From: a virus
Taxonomy: Duplodnaviria; Caudoviricetes
Length of the DNA stretch: 39,403 nt
IMG/VR virus record: IMGVR_UViG_3300032234_000919
Location: 1 to 39,403 of that record
Strand: one strand, 5' to 3'
Shown: positions 8,506-16,690 of the stretch, in pieces
Layout of the letters: every line of letters begins with the position of its first letter
How positions within the stretch are numbered: the first letter of the stretch is position 1
Translations under genes and position numbers: made by a program
The notes under the pieces: model-generated
The model's database searches: none
Told to the model about the DNA's origin: nothing
Seen by the model: the letters and a program-made list of their open reading frames with translations, nothing else

Positions 8506-9261
8506 CTATTTAAAAAATCCTAATTGGTTTCTTACTTTCTTATTTGCAAACAACACTATACCCACCCCTACGGCTAACAATAAAATGTAGTTAAGGTAGT
8601 TAGCACTCTTTGCGGTTGTTTCTGCTATGATGGTGTTTTTGTTTTTTTGAACTTTTGACCAACCACCCGTAGAATCAGTAACAAATAAAGAGTAAGAACT
8701 TTTCCCAACACCCGCAGTAATGTGAAATATTGCTTTCAATGCCGAGTCCAAATCTTTTAACCCATTTAAAGAAGTTGCCCCATAATTTTTAATTACGGGA
8801 TTTTTTTCAGCATCTTTATAGTATTGAGCAAGTGCTTTTGCTCCAACTTGCCTATCTAAAAGCAAATCGGGATTCGATGCTAAATCGACCCCTATCTTTT
8901 TACCGAGAGTAGTATAGTTTGATTTCCCCGTAATTTGAACATATCCTCTACCTCTATACTTATATCCTTCAGTTGTACTATTACCTAGTCTGCCCCCATA
9001 TACTTTATTAAAAAACTTTTCGCAGTCTTGTTTCAATGCCGACAACTCATCTTCAGACAAACTAGAAACAATAGAACCAAATATTCTACGAATGTCCGCG
9101 TTACTAGTTCTATTATAACAATTTTCGCGTAGTGGGAATAATCCACTTTCCTTCCAAGCAATTACTACTACTGCATCTTGAACAAATTTATTGGTCAACC
9201 CAACTTTTTCAAGGGCTGCACGAATTTGTTGAGCATTAGATATTTGTGCTGAATTAAGCAT
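8506..9261 (-). CDS. GH19/lysozyme-fold peptidoglycan hydrolase with a C-terminal membrane anchor
   Basis: KESG...E; YGGRLGN; YRGRGYVQITGKSNY; NPDLL; C-terminal TM followed by KK. Confidence 0.85.
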   Translation of the reverse strand: MLNSAQISNAQQIRAALEKVGLTNKFVQDAVVVIAWKESGLFPLRENCYNRTSNADIRRIFGSIVSSLSEDELSALKQDCEKFFNKVYGGRLGNSTTEGYKYRGRGYVQITGKSNYTTLGKKIGVDLASNPDLLLDRQVGAKALAQYYKDAEKNPVIKNYGATSLNGLKDLDSALKAIFHITAGVGKSSYSLFVTDSTGGWSKVQKNKNTIIAETTAKSANYLNYILLLAVGVGIVLFANKKVRNQLGFFK

Positions 9262-9935
9262 TATCTAGAATACTGAATGAAGTTATTATAAATATCGGTA
9301 GCAATTACTTTATTTCCTTGTGGATTTAAGTGGCAAAGTTTGTCGTTTTTGGTACAGAATTGAGCGCGATTTTGAGCAAGTAAAGAATCATTAGTTGGGC
9401 AACCACCCGTGATTATTCTAGTTGGTACAATATAGTTAGCAGACAAAATTTTTGTCTGAATATCGCGGTACAATTTGCTAGTTTCGGATTCAATCACTTT
9501 ATCTCTTACAGAATTGTCGCGGTATGCATCGCAATGAAGATTAACAACAATAACCCTACGGGGGATACCCATAGAGCCAACATTACGAAGCCCACCACCA
9601 AAACGAGCCGTGTCACTTATTTTTTGCAAATTAGACAATGCTTTTTCACGAGCCTTTTGTGGAGGTAATATTCCGTACATATCGTTATACCCACCCCATA
9701 CAACTACAAAATCCCAACCCTTATCTTTTGCAAACTCTTTATTAAACTCAGTTAGCATCCAATCGGTTGTTGCTCCATTTTTCTGAATGATTTTAAAATT
9801 TTTAAATCCAACTAATTTACGCAATTCATTAACGTAGTTAGTAGCCATTGAATTCGTTTGAGAATCCCCTATAAACAACCATCTTCCTCTACTTGGCTTG
9901 AATGGGTCATTGAATAGACGTGCGAAAAAACTCAT
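9261..9935 (-). CDS. SGNH/GDSL hydrolase
   Basis: FIGDSQT, G block, GGYND, HLNPQG. Start ATG 9935 after TATATTTG (9939-9946). Confidence 0.8.
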   Translation of the reverse strand: MSFFARLFNDPFKPSRGRWLFIGDSQTNSMATNYVNELRKLVGFKNFKIIQKNGATTDWMLTEFNKEFAKDKGWDFVVVWGGYNDMYGILPPQKAREKALSNLQKISDTARFGGGLRNVGSMGIPRRVIVVNLHCDAYRDNSVRDKVIESETSKLYRDIQTKILSANYIVPTRIITGGCPTNDSLLAQNRAQFCTKNDKLCHLNPQGNKVIATDIYNNFIQYSR

Positions 9936-9973
9936 ACACAAATATAACCAAATAACTATATTTGTTTTACATC

Positions 9974-10004
9974 AAAAAAGAAAGGGCATCCTTTCGGACA
10001 CCCT
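9974..10004 (-). terminator. Rho-independent terminator
   Basis: AGGGTGTCC-GAAA-GGATGCCCT followed by a T-rich tail. Confidence 0.8.
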
Positions 10005-10051
10005 AACCCTTATGGATGGTTAAACAAGGTGCATTACTTGTGAAATAATGC
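9974..10051 (-). ncRNA. Putative small RNA A
   Basis: Promoter TATATTTG 10056-10063, 5' hairpin GCATTA/TAATGC, terminator 9974-10004; no ORF. Confidence 0.55.
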
Positions 10052-10176
10052 GATGCAAATATAGAGTGTGTATGTTTTATTTAACTAGAAAATGAAAAAT
10101 AATTTTATCTTATTGACTATCAATACTTTTTTAAATATTTTTCCACAACTTATACAAGGTATAAAGTAATTTCTTA

Positions 10177-10184
10177 TAAATTTG
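10177..10184 (+). promoter_or_regulatory. Bacteroidota -7 box TAAATTTG
   Basis: 9 nt upstream of ATG 10194. Confidence 0.65.
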
Positions 10185-10193
10185 CCCTCCCTT

Positions 10194-11216
10194 ATGGTTA
10201 AAAGAAAATCTCGCAAACTCAAATTTTACTTCCGCGTTTATCGCGCAGCGAAAGAAGAGTTAATTTCCCGTGGCTTCAATTTAAAAGGCAAAAACAAGGA
10301 GTTTCGCGCATACTTGCGTGAACAAATTACTCCCAAGTTTGCTGAGAAAAAAAGATTCACCAAGAAGCAATTAGAAAAGGTTATTAATGAAACTTTATCT
10401 GAGTATCAGATAAAAATTGGTGTAACTCCAACTCTACCAAAAGAACCCAAAGGTGATTACATTAACCCTTTGCTTATTCCCTTGCCTTTGGTTTCGGGTA
10501 TTTCGTGGTTTTTGATTGATGATTTTTTAGATTCAGAACTAAGAGCAGAATTAGAAGCAATAGACCCAATTAGAGGATTGAGAGTTGAAATAAATGCGGG
10601 TCAAGCGATGGGGAGTACGGGTATATTTAACTTAAAAGAATATCAATATGATGCTAGTGGGGTGAAAAATATTGTTGAAAATGTTCGTGAGTTCGTAGAG
10701 AATGATTCAACCCCCGAATGGAATGGTCAAATTTTAGTTCGTAAATATGCTAAAGACGATGGGGATGCAGATTCTTATTATTTGCAATTAACTCTTTACA
10801 TCAATGGTCAAGAGATAGCACCATTTAATTCGGGCGAAGAAGCATTTCAGCCTATTCCCGAACAAACGATGGAAGAAAAAAGAGAGCAACGAAGAAAAGC
10901 ATTAAAAATAAAAAAAGAACGTGAAAAAGAGCGTAGACAAAAAAGCGGTCAAAAAGAAAAAAGGATGAGGGAACGTCCTAAGAAAAAAGAAGAAAAAGAA
11001 ACTCCAAAGGAAGAGAAAAAAGAAGCGAAAAAACCATCTGAAAGCAAGGAAGGTTTAGAGAAAATCTTTGAAAGACAAGAGAATTTACTAGCCCAAGCCC
11101 GTAGGGATTATGATGACGGGATTTACAACAAAACCGAATATAAAAAACGAATTTCCGATATTAACAAGTTGATTGAAAAAGCAATAGAGAAATTTGAAAA
11201 AGGTGGAGAAGTATAG
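10194..11216 (+). CDS. Hypothetical protein with basic N-terminus, acidic core and Lys/Glu-rich C-terminus
   Basis: Long ORF heading the replication block. Confidence 0.8.
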   Translation: MVKRKSRKLKFYFRVYRAAKEELISRGFNLKGKNKEFRAYLREQITPKFAEKKRFTKKQLEKVINETLSEYQIKIGVTPTLPKEPKGDYINPLLIPLPLVSGISWFLIDDFLDSELRAELEAIDPIRGLRVEINAGQAMGSTGIFNLKEYQYDASGVKNIVENVREFVENDSTPEWNGQILVRKYAKDDGDADSYYLQLTLYINGQEIAPFNSGEEAFQPIPEQTMEEKREQRRKALKIKKEREKERRQKSGQKEKRMRERPKKKEEKETPKEEKKEAKKPSESKEGLEKIFERQENLLAQARRDYDDGIYNKTEYKKRISDINKLIEKAIEKFEKGGEV

Positions 11217-11233
11217 ACAACTTTTTCACATTA

Positions 11234-11266
11234 TTTGATTTTACATTTTATTTTCGTTTATCTTTG
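11234..11266 (+). promoter_or_regulatory. Bacteroidota promoter TTTG-N21-TATCTTTG
   Basis: Both -33 and -7 elements present with canonical spacing. Confidence 0.75.
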
Positions 11267-11283
11267 AAAATAATTATCGCACT

Positions 11284-11610
11284 ATGATAAATTTTTCATC
11301 TGAAAACGAGAACAAGATTTACAACTTGCTGATTTCAAACCAAAAGTCAAGAGATAACGATATGTTGTTGGTTGCTTTGTTTTGGAAACAAGAGTTAGGA
11401 GTTAAGGATGTTTCCGAATTGGAAAACATTTCTTCAAGAACACTTTTCCGTAAAATGGTTAATGGTGAAGTTACTCACTTTGAAACCATACGAAGGACAC
11501 GAGCGAAGTTGCAAGAAAAGTATCCCGAAGTTAGGGGTGAAAAATATTTGAAGCGATTACAAAGACAAGACGAATTAAAAGAAGATTTAGGCTATGGAGT
11601 ACGGGAATAA
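11284..11610 (+). CDS. Hypothetical phage protein, possibly DNA-binding
   Basis: RDND..L...W and ETIRRTRAKLQE motifs. Confidence 0.75.
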   Translation: MINFSSENENKIYNLLISNQKSRDNDMLLVALFWKQELGVKDVSELENISSRTLFRKMVNGEVTHFETIRRTRAKLQEKYPEVRGEKYLKRLQRQDELKEDLGYGVRE

Positions 11611-12334
11611 AAAAGATTTACTTGTAATTGAGGAAACTCGATTCAAGGGAGGCAAGGATGCCAAACTACTTATTGAGCGGTTGAAGAAACAGAAAAAAGA
11701 TTTCTACGTGCGTGAAACGAATTTTATTACCATAGTTGTTTGCGATAATATGGAAATGATTTACCCAAATTTAGGGGATAAGCGTTTCCCCCCAAATCAG
11801 TTGTGGCTATTCGGTAGAGTAAAGCAAGAGGCAGAAAACTTTTTACGCAATAACCCCAAGTGGAAAATGCCCAAGAAGTTTCCGACAAACGTAACTAATT
11901 ACAACTATGACGATTCGTTTGGTGATATTACGGGAACTGATATAAACGGAGCATATTGGCAAATCGCATTTAACGAAGGCTACATTTCAAAAAACACTTA
12001 TGACAAAGCAAGTGGCGAAGAGTTCAAACGAACCCGACTTGCTGCATTGGCTATCCTTGGAAGGAATATCGCCTACTCAAAATATTCCAAAGGAGTTATT
12101 GAACCGAAGAAAACTATTTTTCAATTTAATCAATTGGAGGTTCATTTGGTGTACAAGGCTATACGATTTAAGTGTTTTGAGATTATGCAAAGACTTGCTA
12201 AAATGCTAGGTGAAGATTTTGAAGCGTACCGAACTGATTGTATTTACTACAGAGATACTCCAAAGAATCGAGCGAAAGTTCACAAATTTTTAGAAAAGAA
12301 AGGTTTTTCTTACAAACAACTTGTATATGATTAA
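11594..12334 (+). CDS. Miniature family-B DNA polymerase-like protein (palm only)
   Basis: Motif A-like GTDINGAYW; motif C-like YRTDCIYY; degenerate motif B KRTRLAALAILG. Confidence 0.6.
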   Translation: MEYGNKKDLLVIEETRFKGGKDAKLLIERLKKQKKDFYVRETNFITIVVCDNMEMIYPNLGDKRFPPNQLWLFGRVKQEAENFLRNNPKWKMPKKFPTNVTNYNYDDSFGDITGTDINGAYWQIAFNEGYISKNTYDKASGEEFKRTRLAALAILGRNIAYSKYSKGVIEPKKTIFQFNQLEVHLVYKAIRFKCFEIMQRLAKMLGEDFEAYRTDCIYYRDTPKNRAKVHKFLEKKGFSYKQLVYD

Positions 12335-12372
12335 TTTTTGTATAAATTTGCATTTGATTATTTTCTAAGATA

Positions 12373-12792
12373 ATGAAAACAAAAAGTGTGAAATTGGAAC
12401 TGAGCCCTTTGCGGTGGCAAAAAGTAATTGATTCGGTTACTTCGGATAGTTATGTAAATGAGAGAGTTAACGAAATTCTTTCATCTAACAGAAAACTTTT
12501 CAACCCCAAGGACGAAATATTAGTTGACGGATTTTATTACGCATTTAATGAGTTTGTCGAGGATGGCAAACCATTTGTGACTTTGACCCCTTACAGAATT
12601 AAGCATAGTGTAATGAACAAGAAAAAATATTCTTTCGGCTGCTACAATCGAGTTAGCAACGAATTGAATTTGTTTTTCAAAGGAATGGCTAAAAGCGATA
12701 GCCGTGAACACGCAGTGGTAGTGTACAATTCACTACTAGATTACTGCAAGTCAACCAACCCGAACCTAAAACCATTTGCAATAAAATTATGA
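12373..12792 (+). CDS. Hypothetical protein
   Basis: Follows TAAATTTG at 12343-12350. Confidence 0.7.
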   Translation: MKTKSVKLELSPLRWQKVIDSVTSDSYVNERVNEILSSNRKLFNPKDEILVDGFYYAFNEFVEDGKPFVTLTPYRIKHSVMNKKKYSFGCYNRVSNELNLFFKGMAKSDSREHAVVVYNSLLDYCKSTNPNLKPFAIKL

Positions 12793-12974
12793 AAGCAATC
12801 ATTACTTTTATCAAATCATTGAGCGTACCTCAACAGATTCAAGAAGCACCTAGATTTGAAGATTGGTATCACCAACTTAACCCAAAAGACAAGCCCTTGA
12901 GCAACTTTAAGGAGTTAGAAAAAGTGATTTACGAACACAAATTTGGAAAGAAAATGAAAAAAACTATGAATTGA
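12789..12974 (+). CDS. Hypothetical protein
   Basis: Start overlaps the upstream stop. Confidence 0.6.
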   Translation: MKAIITFIKSLSVPQQIQEAPRFEDWYHQLNPKDKPLSNFKELEKVIYEHKFGKKMKKTMN

Positions 12975-13014
12975 TGATTATTTTTCAAAATAATTATTAT
13001 ATTTGTATGTACTT

Positions 13015-13365
13015 ATGGAAAACAAGATGTTAAACGCTATTAAAATTGATGTTGAGAGACAAGAAGTCTACTCCATCGAGGTAGAAAAATCCCTTAATGG
13101 GTACTACAACGCAATCGGTAACGATTGTTCATTAATCGAAGTTGCTACTTACCTACCTAGTAAAAAATCTAGGTTTGGCGATGTGGTTTACGTGGACGAA
13201 GAAGGACTAATGAAGAAGCCAATAGGCTACTTTACCCTTTTCGGTAGAACTTATGTAAATAACGCTATTATTCTAGGTAGCGAAGAAACTGATGATGGTG
13301 TTGAATCAACTCACACTTCGTATTCAGTGGAAGAAATAAAGGGCTTAGTGGGGTTTGTTGGTTAG
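13015..13365 (+). CDS. DUF3846-like protein
   Basis: YVDEEGL motif; TATATTTG at 12998-13005. Confidence 0.7.
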   Translation: MENKMLNAIKIDVERQEVYSIEVEKSLNGYYNAIGNDCSLIEVATYLPSKKSRFGDVVYVDEEGLMKKPIGYFTLFGRTYVNNAIILGSEETDDGVESTHTSYSVEEIKGLVGFVG

Positions 13366-13369
13366 GATG

Positions 13370-13433
13370 AAAAAAGGGCAAGAGGTGGCATCTTCTTGCC
13401 CTATTAGTACAACACGATGCTCACTTGGTAAGC
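13370..13433 (-). ncRNA. Putative small RNA B (opposite strand to the flanking genes)
   Basis: Minus-strand TACCTTTG 13438-13445, hairpin TGCTTAC/GTGAGCA, terminator AGGGCAAGA/TCTTGCCCT + T6. Confidence 0.55.
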
Positions 13434-13485
13434 AATTCAAAGGTATCATTATTAGTTGTCAATAATTGGCTTACTTACTACCTAA

Positions 13486-13746
13486 ATGAAAAGATACAAA
13501 TATTACTTTAATGGCTTAGAAGAAAAGCCAATTAGCATAGAGGCTAGTAGCAAAGAATCTGCTAGGAGAAAGTTAGAAGAGATTTGTAACGATTCTCGAT
13601 ACAAAGACAATGGCTATGCTATTACTAATGTTATTAGAGAAACTACCGAAACTTTGGTAGACGGAGTTTCTGAGAAAAATATAAACGGAGTTGAATTTAT
13701 TTGGAGCAAAAATGGGTGGATTAAAAATATCACAAAGTCTTATTAA
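13486..13746 (+). CDS. Hypothetical protein
   Basis: 86-aa ORF in operon. Confidence 0.65.
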   Translation: MKRYKYYFNGLEEKPISIEASSKESARRKLEEICNDSRYKDNGYAITNVIRETTETLVDGVSEKNINGVEFIWSKNGWIKNITKSY

Positions 13747-14485
13747 GGACTTCGCCAAATACAAGCAAGGGGAAGAATGCGGATTAGTCGTAAAGGCTAA
13801 ATTCGTTGATAAGAAATGGTCTCCCCCAAGTGAGGCACAAAAACACGGAATTTATTTTGAGTATAAGGCTACGGGTTCGCTTCCTAAGAGTGGAGAAACA
13901 CCATCAGCCGAATACGATTCAAAGGGTCGGATGTTGAACCCTTATGCCAATGCCGAAGCGAGTGCAAGTCTGTTTAAAACCCTCATAAAAATTTGGAATA
14001 TAAAGATACTAGAAACATCTTGGTATATGGATGATGGTGTGGCTAATGGAGTAGCGGACTTACTAGTGGAAATTGAAGGTAAGAAGGCTATAATAGACTT
14101 GAAATATAGTGGATTACTAGACGATAAGTGGAACGATTTAGGGTGGCACGAAGACTTTCTATCAGAGAAAGACAAAATACTTATTCAAGGGGTTCACTAC
14201 ACTAAATTAGCGGAAACGATTTTAGAAGAACCCGTTGATTTTTTCTTTTGGGTTTTCAATTCTAAAGACCCAAGGGATGTTCGTATTTTCAAACAAGTAA
14301 ACTCATACGAGCGGTATATAAAACACGAATCAATGATTAGCAATGTTCAATTAGAAATTGAAGAATTAGTTGCAAGTGATTCTTGGATTGCCCGTCCTAG
14401 TCTGAATAGATGCAACAACTGCTATTTGGCTGATAGTTGCCACAAACAACAAATATTACCAACTATTAAAACAATTTATTATTAA
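13712..14485 (+). CDS. PD-(D/E)XK exonuclease, Cas4/AddB-like, with probable Fe-S Cys ligands
   Basis: GVADLL...IIDLKY; Q..HY; an N-terminal Cys plus C-terminal CNNCYLADSC. Confidence 0.8.
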   Translation: MGGLKISQSLIKDFAKYKQGEECGLVVKAKFVDKKWSPPSEAQKHGIYFEYKATGSLPKSGETPSAEYDSKGRMLNPYANAEASASLFKTLIKIWNIKILETSWYMDDGVANGVADLLVEIEGKKAIIDLKYSGLLDDKWNDLGWHEDFLSEKDKILIQGVHYTKLAETILEEPVDFFFWVFNSKDPRDVRIFKQVNSYERYIKHESMISNVQLEIEELVASDSWIARPSLNRCNNCYLADSCHKQQILPTIKTIYY

Positions 14486-14486
14486 T

Positions 14487-14723
14487 ATGTTAGAACACAA
14501 AAAACTATTACCATCGGCTTATTTAGACCCTTTTAAAGTAGATAAAATACAAAGTATTCACATTTTTTTAAACAGAAGCATTTTTACAGATAAAGTTGAA
14601 GTTATCTCTACAATAGAATTTAGGAATGGTAACACAACGGGAAAGCAAAATTTCGATACAGAAACTATTGAAGAGGGTATTAAACAAATGCAACAATTTT
14701 TAAATCAATTAAATAATGGCTAA
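14487..14723 (+). CDS. Hypothetical protein, paralog of 2248-2505
   Basis: DPFKVDKIQSI...FRNGNTTGKQNF. Confidence 0.75.
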   Translation: MLEHKKLLPSAYLDPFKVDKIQSIHIFLNRSIFTDKVEVISTIEFRNGNTTGKQNFDTETIEEGIKQMQQFLNQLNNG

Positions 14724-15285
14724 ACTATTTTTTTACGACTTAGAAACAACGGGTCTGAATTTCAAGACAAATGCAATACACCAAATTTCGGGAATGATTG
14801 TAGTCGATGGGCAAGTGAGAGAACGATTTGAATTTAAGGTACAACCACACTTCGGAGCGATAATAGACGAAGCCGCATTAGCAATAGCGAACAAAACCCA
14901 AGAGGAAGTTTTAGCCTATCCCCCAATTAAACAAGTTTACGCAAAACTTTTTGCGTTGTTCACCAAATATGTAGATAGGTTTGACCGATTTGATAAATAC
15001 ATTTTAGTGGGGTACAACAACTTAAGTTTTGACAACCATTTCTTCCGTGAGTTTGTCACTAAACATTGTGATGATAAATACTATGGGAGTTACTTTTGGA
15101 GCAACTCTATTGATGTTTTTGCATTAGCCTCAGACCATTTACAAAACGAGCGTCATAAGATGTCTGATTTTAAATTACGTAGCGTTGCAAAGCAAGTAGG
15201 AATAGAAGTAGATGAAAGCAAATTGCACGATGCTCAATACGATATTGAACTAACCTATCAAATATATTTAAAAGTAAAAAAATGA
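14716..15285 (+). CDS. DEDDh 3'-5' exonuclease (DnaQ-like)
   Basis: YDLETTG; GYN..FD; HDAQYD. Confidence 0.9.
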   Translation: MAKLFFYDLETTGLNFKTNAIHQISGMIVVDGQVRERFEFKVQPHFGAIIDEAALAIANKTQEEVLAYPPIKQVYAKLFALFTKYVDRFDRFDKYILVGYNNLSFDNHFFREFVTKHCDDKYYGSYFWSNSIDVFALASDHLQNERHKMSDFKLRSVAKQVGIEVDESKLHDAQYDIELTYQIYLKVKK

Positions 15286-15464
15286 AAGCAGAAGAAATTT
15301 TAGATGACCTCTTGTCAAGGCACACTAAACTTCAAGTTAGAAACATTTTAGAATCTAAACTTTTGACTTTAGATACCAAAATGAACAAGTACGGATTTAC
15401 TCCCGAAGACTTGGAAGAAGAAAGAATTTACAAGAAGGCTATTGAATTGCTCAAAACGCGATGA
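15282..15464 (+). CDS. Hypothetical protein
   Basis: ATGA-coupled on both sides. Confidence 0.65.
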   Translation: MKAEEILDDLLSRHTKLQVRNILESKLLTLDTKMNKYGFTPEDLEEERIYKKAIELLKTR

Positions 15465-16228
15465 ACAAGGAAATTTCAACCAAATTATCGAACCAATTGA
15501 GTTTATACGAAACGCAAGTGTTTCGGGAACTTTTATCGGCTCACAACATTAGTAGCACCCAATTCAAACAGATTGTTTTGAGTGAAATTAAGAAGAACGA
15601 AAAGTTGATGGAGGTTTTTATCGTGAACCCAAGCAGTTTGTTTGCCTCTATCATTTTTGCCGCTCAGATAGGATTGATGCCGAGTGAAACTATCGGGCAA
15701 ATCTTTTTAATCCCATTTAAGGGCGTATGTAAACCCGTAATAGGCTACCAAGGATTAGTCACATTACTTTTACGCGATGTTCGTTTAAGAACCATTTCTT
15801 GCGAAGTGGTATGCGAAGGAGATGAATTTGATTATGAGTTAGGATTGACCCCAAAACTCTTTCACAAACCCAAAGACGAACTTCGCAGTAGCGAATCAAT
15901 GACCCATATCTATTGCGTAGCAAACTATGGGGATGGTATAAAGGAATTTAAGGTGATGTCACGCAAAGAAATCAACACGAACATAGAAATGCTCAAGAAC
16001 CCCAACGAACTTTACTACAATGACAAAAAAGACGGCAATATGTGGATGTTAAAGAAGATAGTACTGAAGCAATTGTCTAAGTTGATGAATAAAGACTACT
16101 ATTGCCAATTAGCAATTAAAATGGACGATGCATTAGAGGGCGGTAGAAATATGATTTTAGATGAGAACAATAATCCCATCGTAACCATTGAAGAAAAAAG
16201 AGGAAGTATTTATCAAACTTTATCCTAA
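15461..16228 (+). CDS. recT: RecT-family ssDNA annealing protein
   Basis: AAQIGLMP...FLIPF...IGYQGL...V.EGDEF...M..K.VLK. Confidence 0.85.
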   Translation: MNKEISTKLSNQLSLYETQVFRELLSAHNISSTQFKQIVLSEIKKNEKLMEVFIVNPSSLFASIIFAAQIGLMPSETIGQIFLIPFKGVCKPVIGYQGLVTLLLRDVRLRTISCEVVCEGDEFDYELGLTPKLFHKPKDELRSSESMTHIYCVANYGDGIKEFKVMSRKEINTNIEMLKNPNELYYNDKKDGNMWMLKKIVLKQLSKLMNKDYYCQLAIKMDDALEGGRNMILDENNNPIVTIEEKRGSIYQTLS

Positions 16229-16237
16229 ATTTGAATT

Positions 16238-16326
16238 GTCATACTGATTCTAGTATGTTTATTGTTTAGCGTTCGCTAAGAACTGTTTCTTCGCAAATAA
16301 AAAAGGCTACTTCGGTAGTCTTTTTT
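16238..16326 (+). ncRNA. Putative small RNA C
   Basis: TAAATTTG 16226-16233 overlaps the recT stop; hairpins CATACT/AGTATG and TTAGC/GCTAA; ends at the terminator. Confidence 0.5.
16299..16326. terminator. Bidirectional terminator between convergent blocks
   Basis: A6-GGCTAC-TTCG-GTAGTC-T6. Confidence 0.9.
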
Positions 16327-16327
16327 C

Positions 16328-16690
16328 TTAATTAGGAAAGTCTATATTCCCAAACACGTAGTAATCAGAACTAGCATACACAGTGGTTAAACTACCCAAT
16401 ATCTCATACCAAAACATTCCGATATTTAGATTATTTAAACCCGCAATAAGCCCCGTAAATGAATTGTACATATTTCCACTCATAGTCATAAAGGTAGGGT
16501 CGGTTGCTTTCTTTACTTGAATACTAAATGTAGGGTTATTAGAAAAGTTTACCCCACTTGTATCCCAAGTGTAAAGTGTATTAGCATTGGCACTAAATCT
16601 ATTAGGGTCTTGTAAACCACCAAATAAAGAAACATTCAAAAGAAAATTTTGAGTGTTGGTTACATTTATATTTATCAGTTTACGAGCCAT
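16328..16690 (-). CDS. Putative virion protein; N-terminus resembles the first strands of the candidate capsid protein
   Basis: ININVTNT....LNVSLFGG versus IIQISNT....NFDVLGS; beta-rich composition. Confidence 0.5.
   Translation of the reverse strand: MARKLININVTNTQNFLLNVSLFGGLQDPNRFSANANTLYTWDTSGVNFSNNPTFSIQVKKATDPTFMTMSGNMYNSFTGLIAGLNNLNIGMFWYEILGSLTTVYASSDYYVFGNIDFPN

Noticed and set aside
13712-14485. CRISPR-Cas system suggested by the Cas4-like nuclease
   Set aside because: No repeat-spacer array or other cas genes seen; the context is recT/dnaQ
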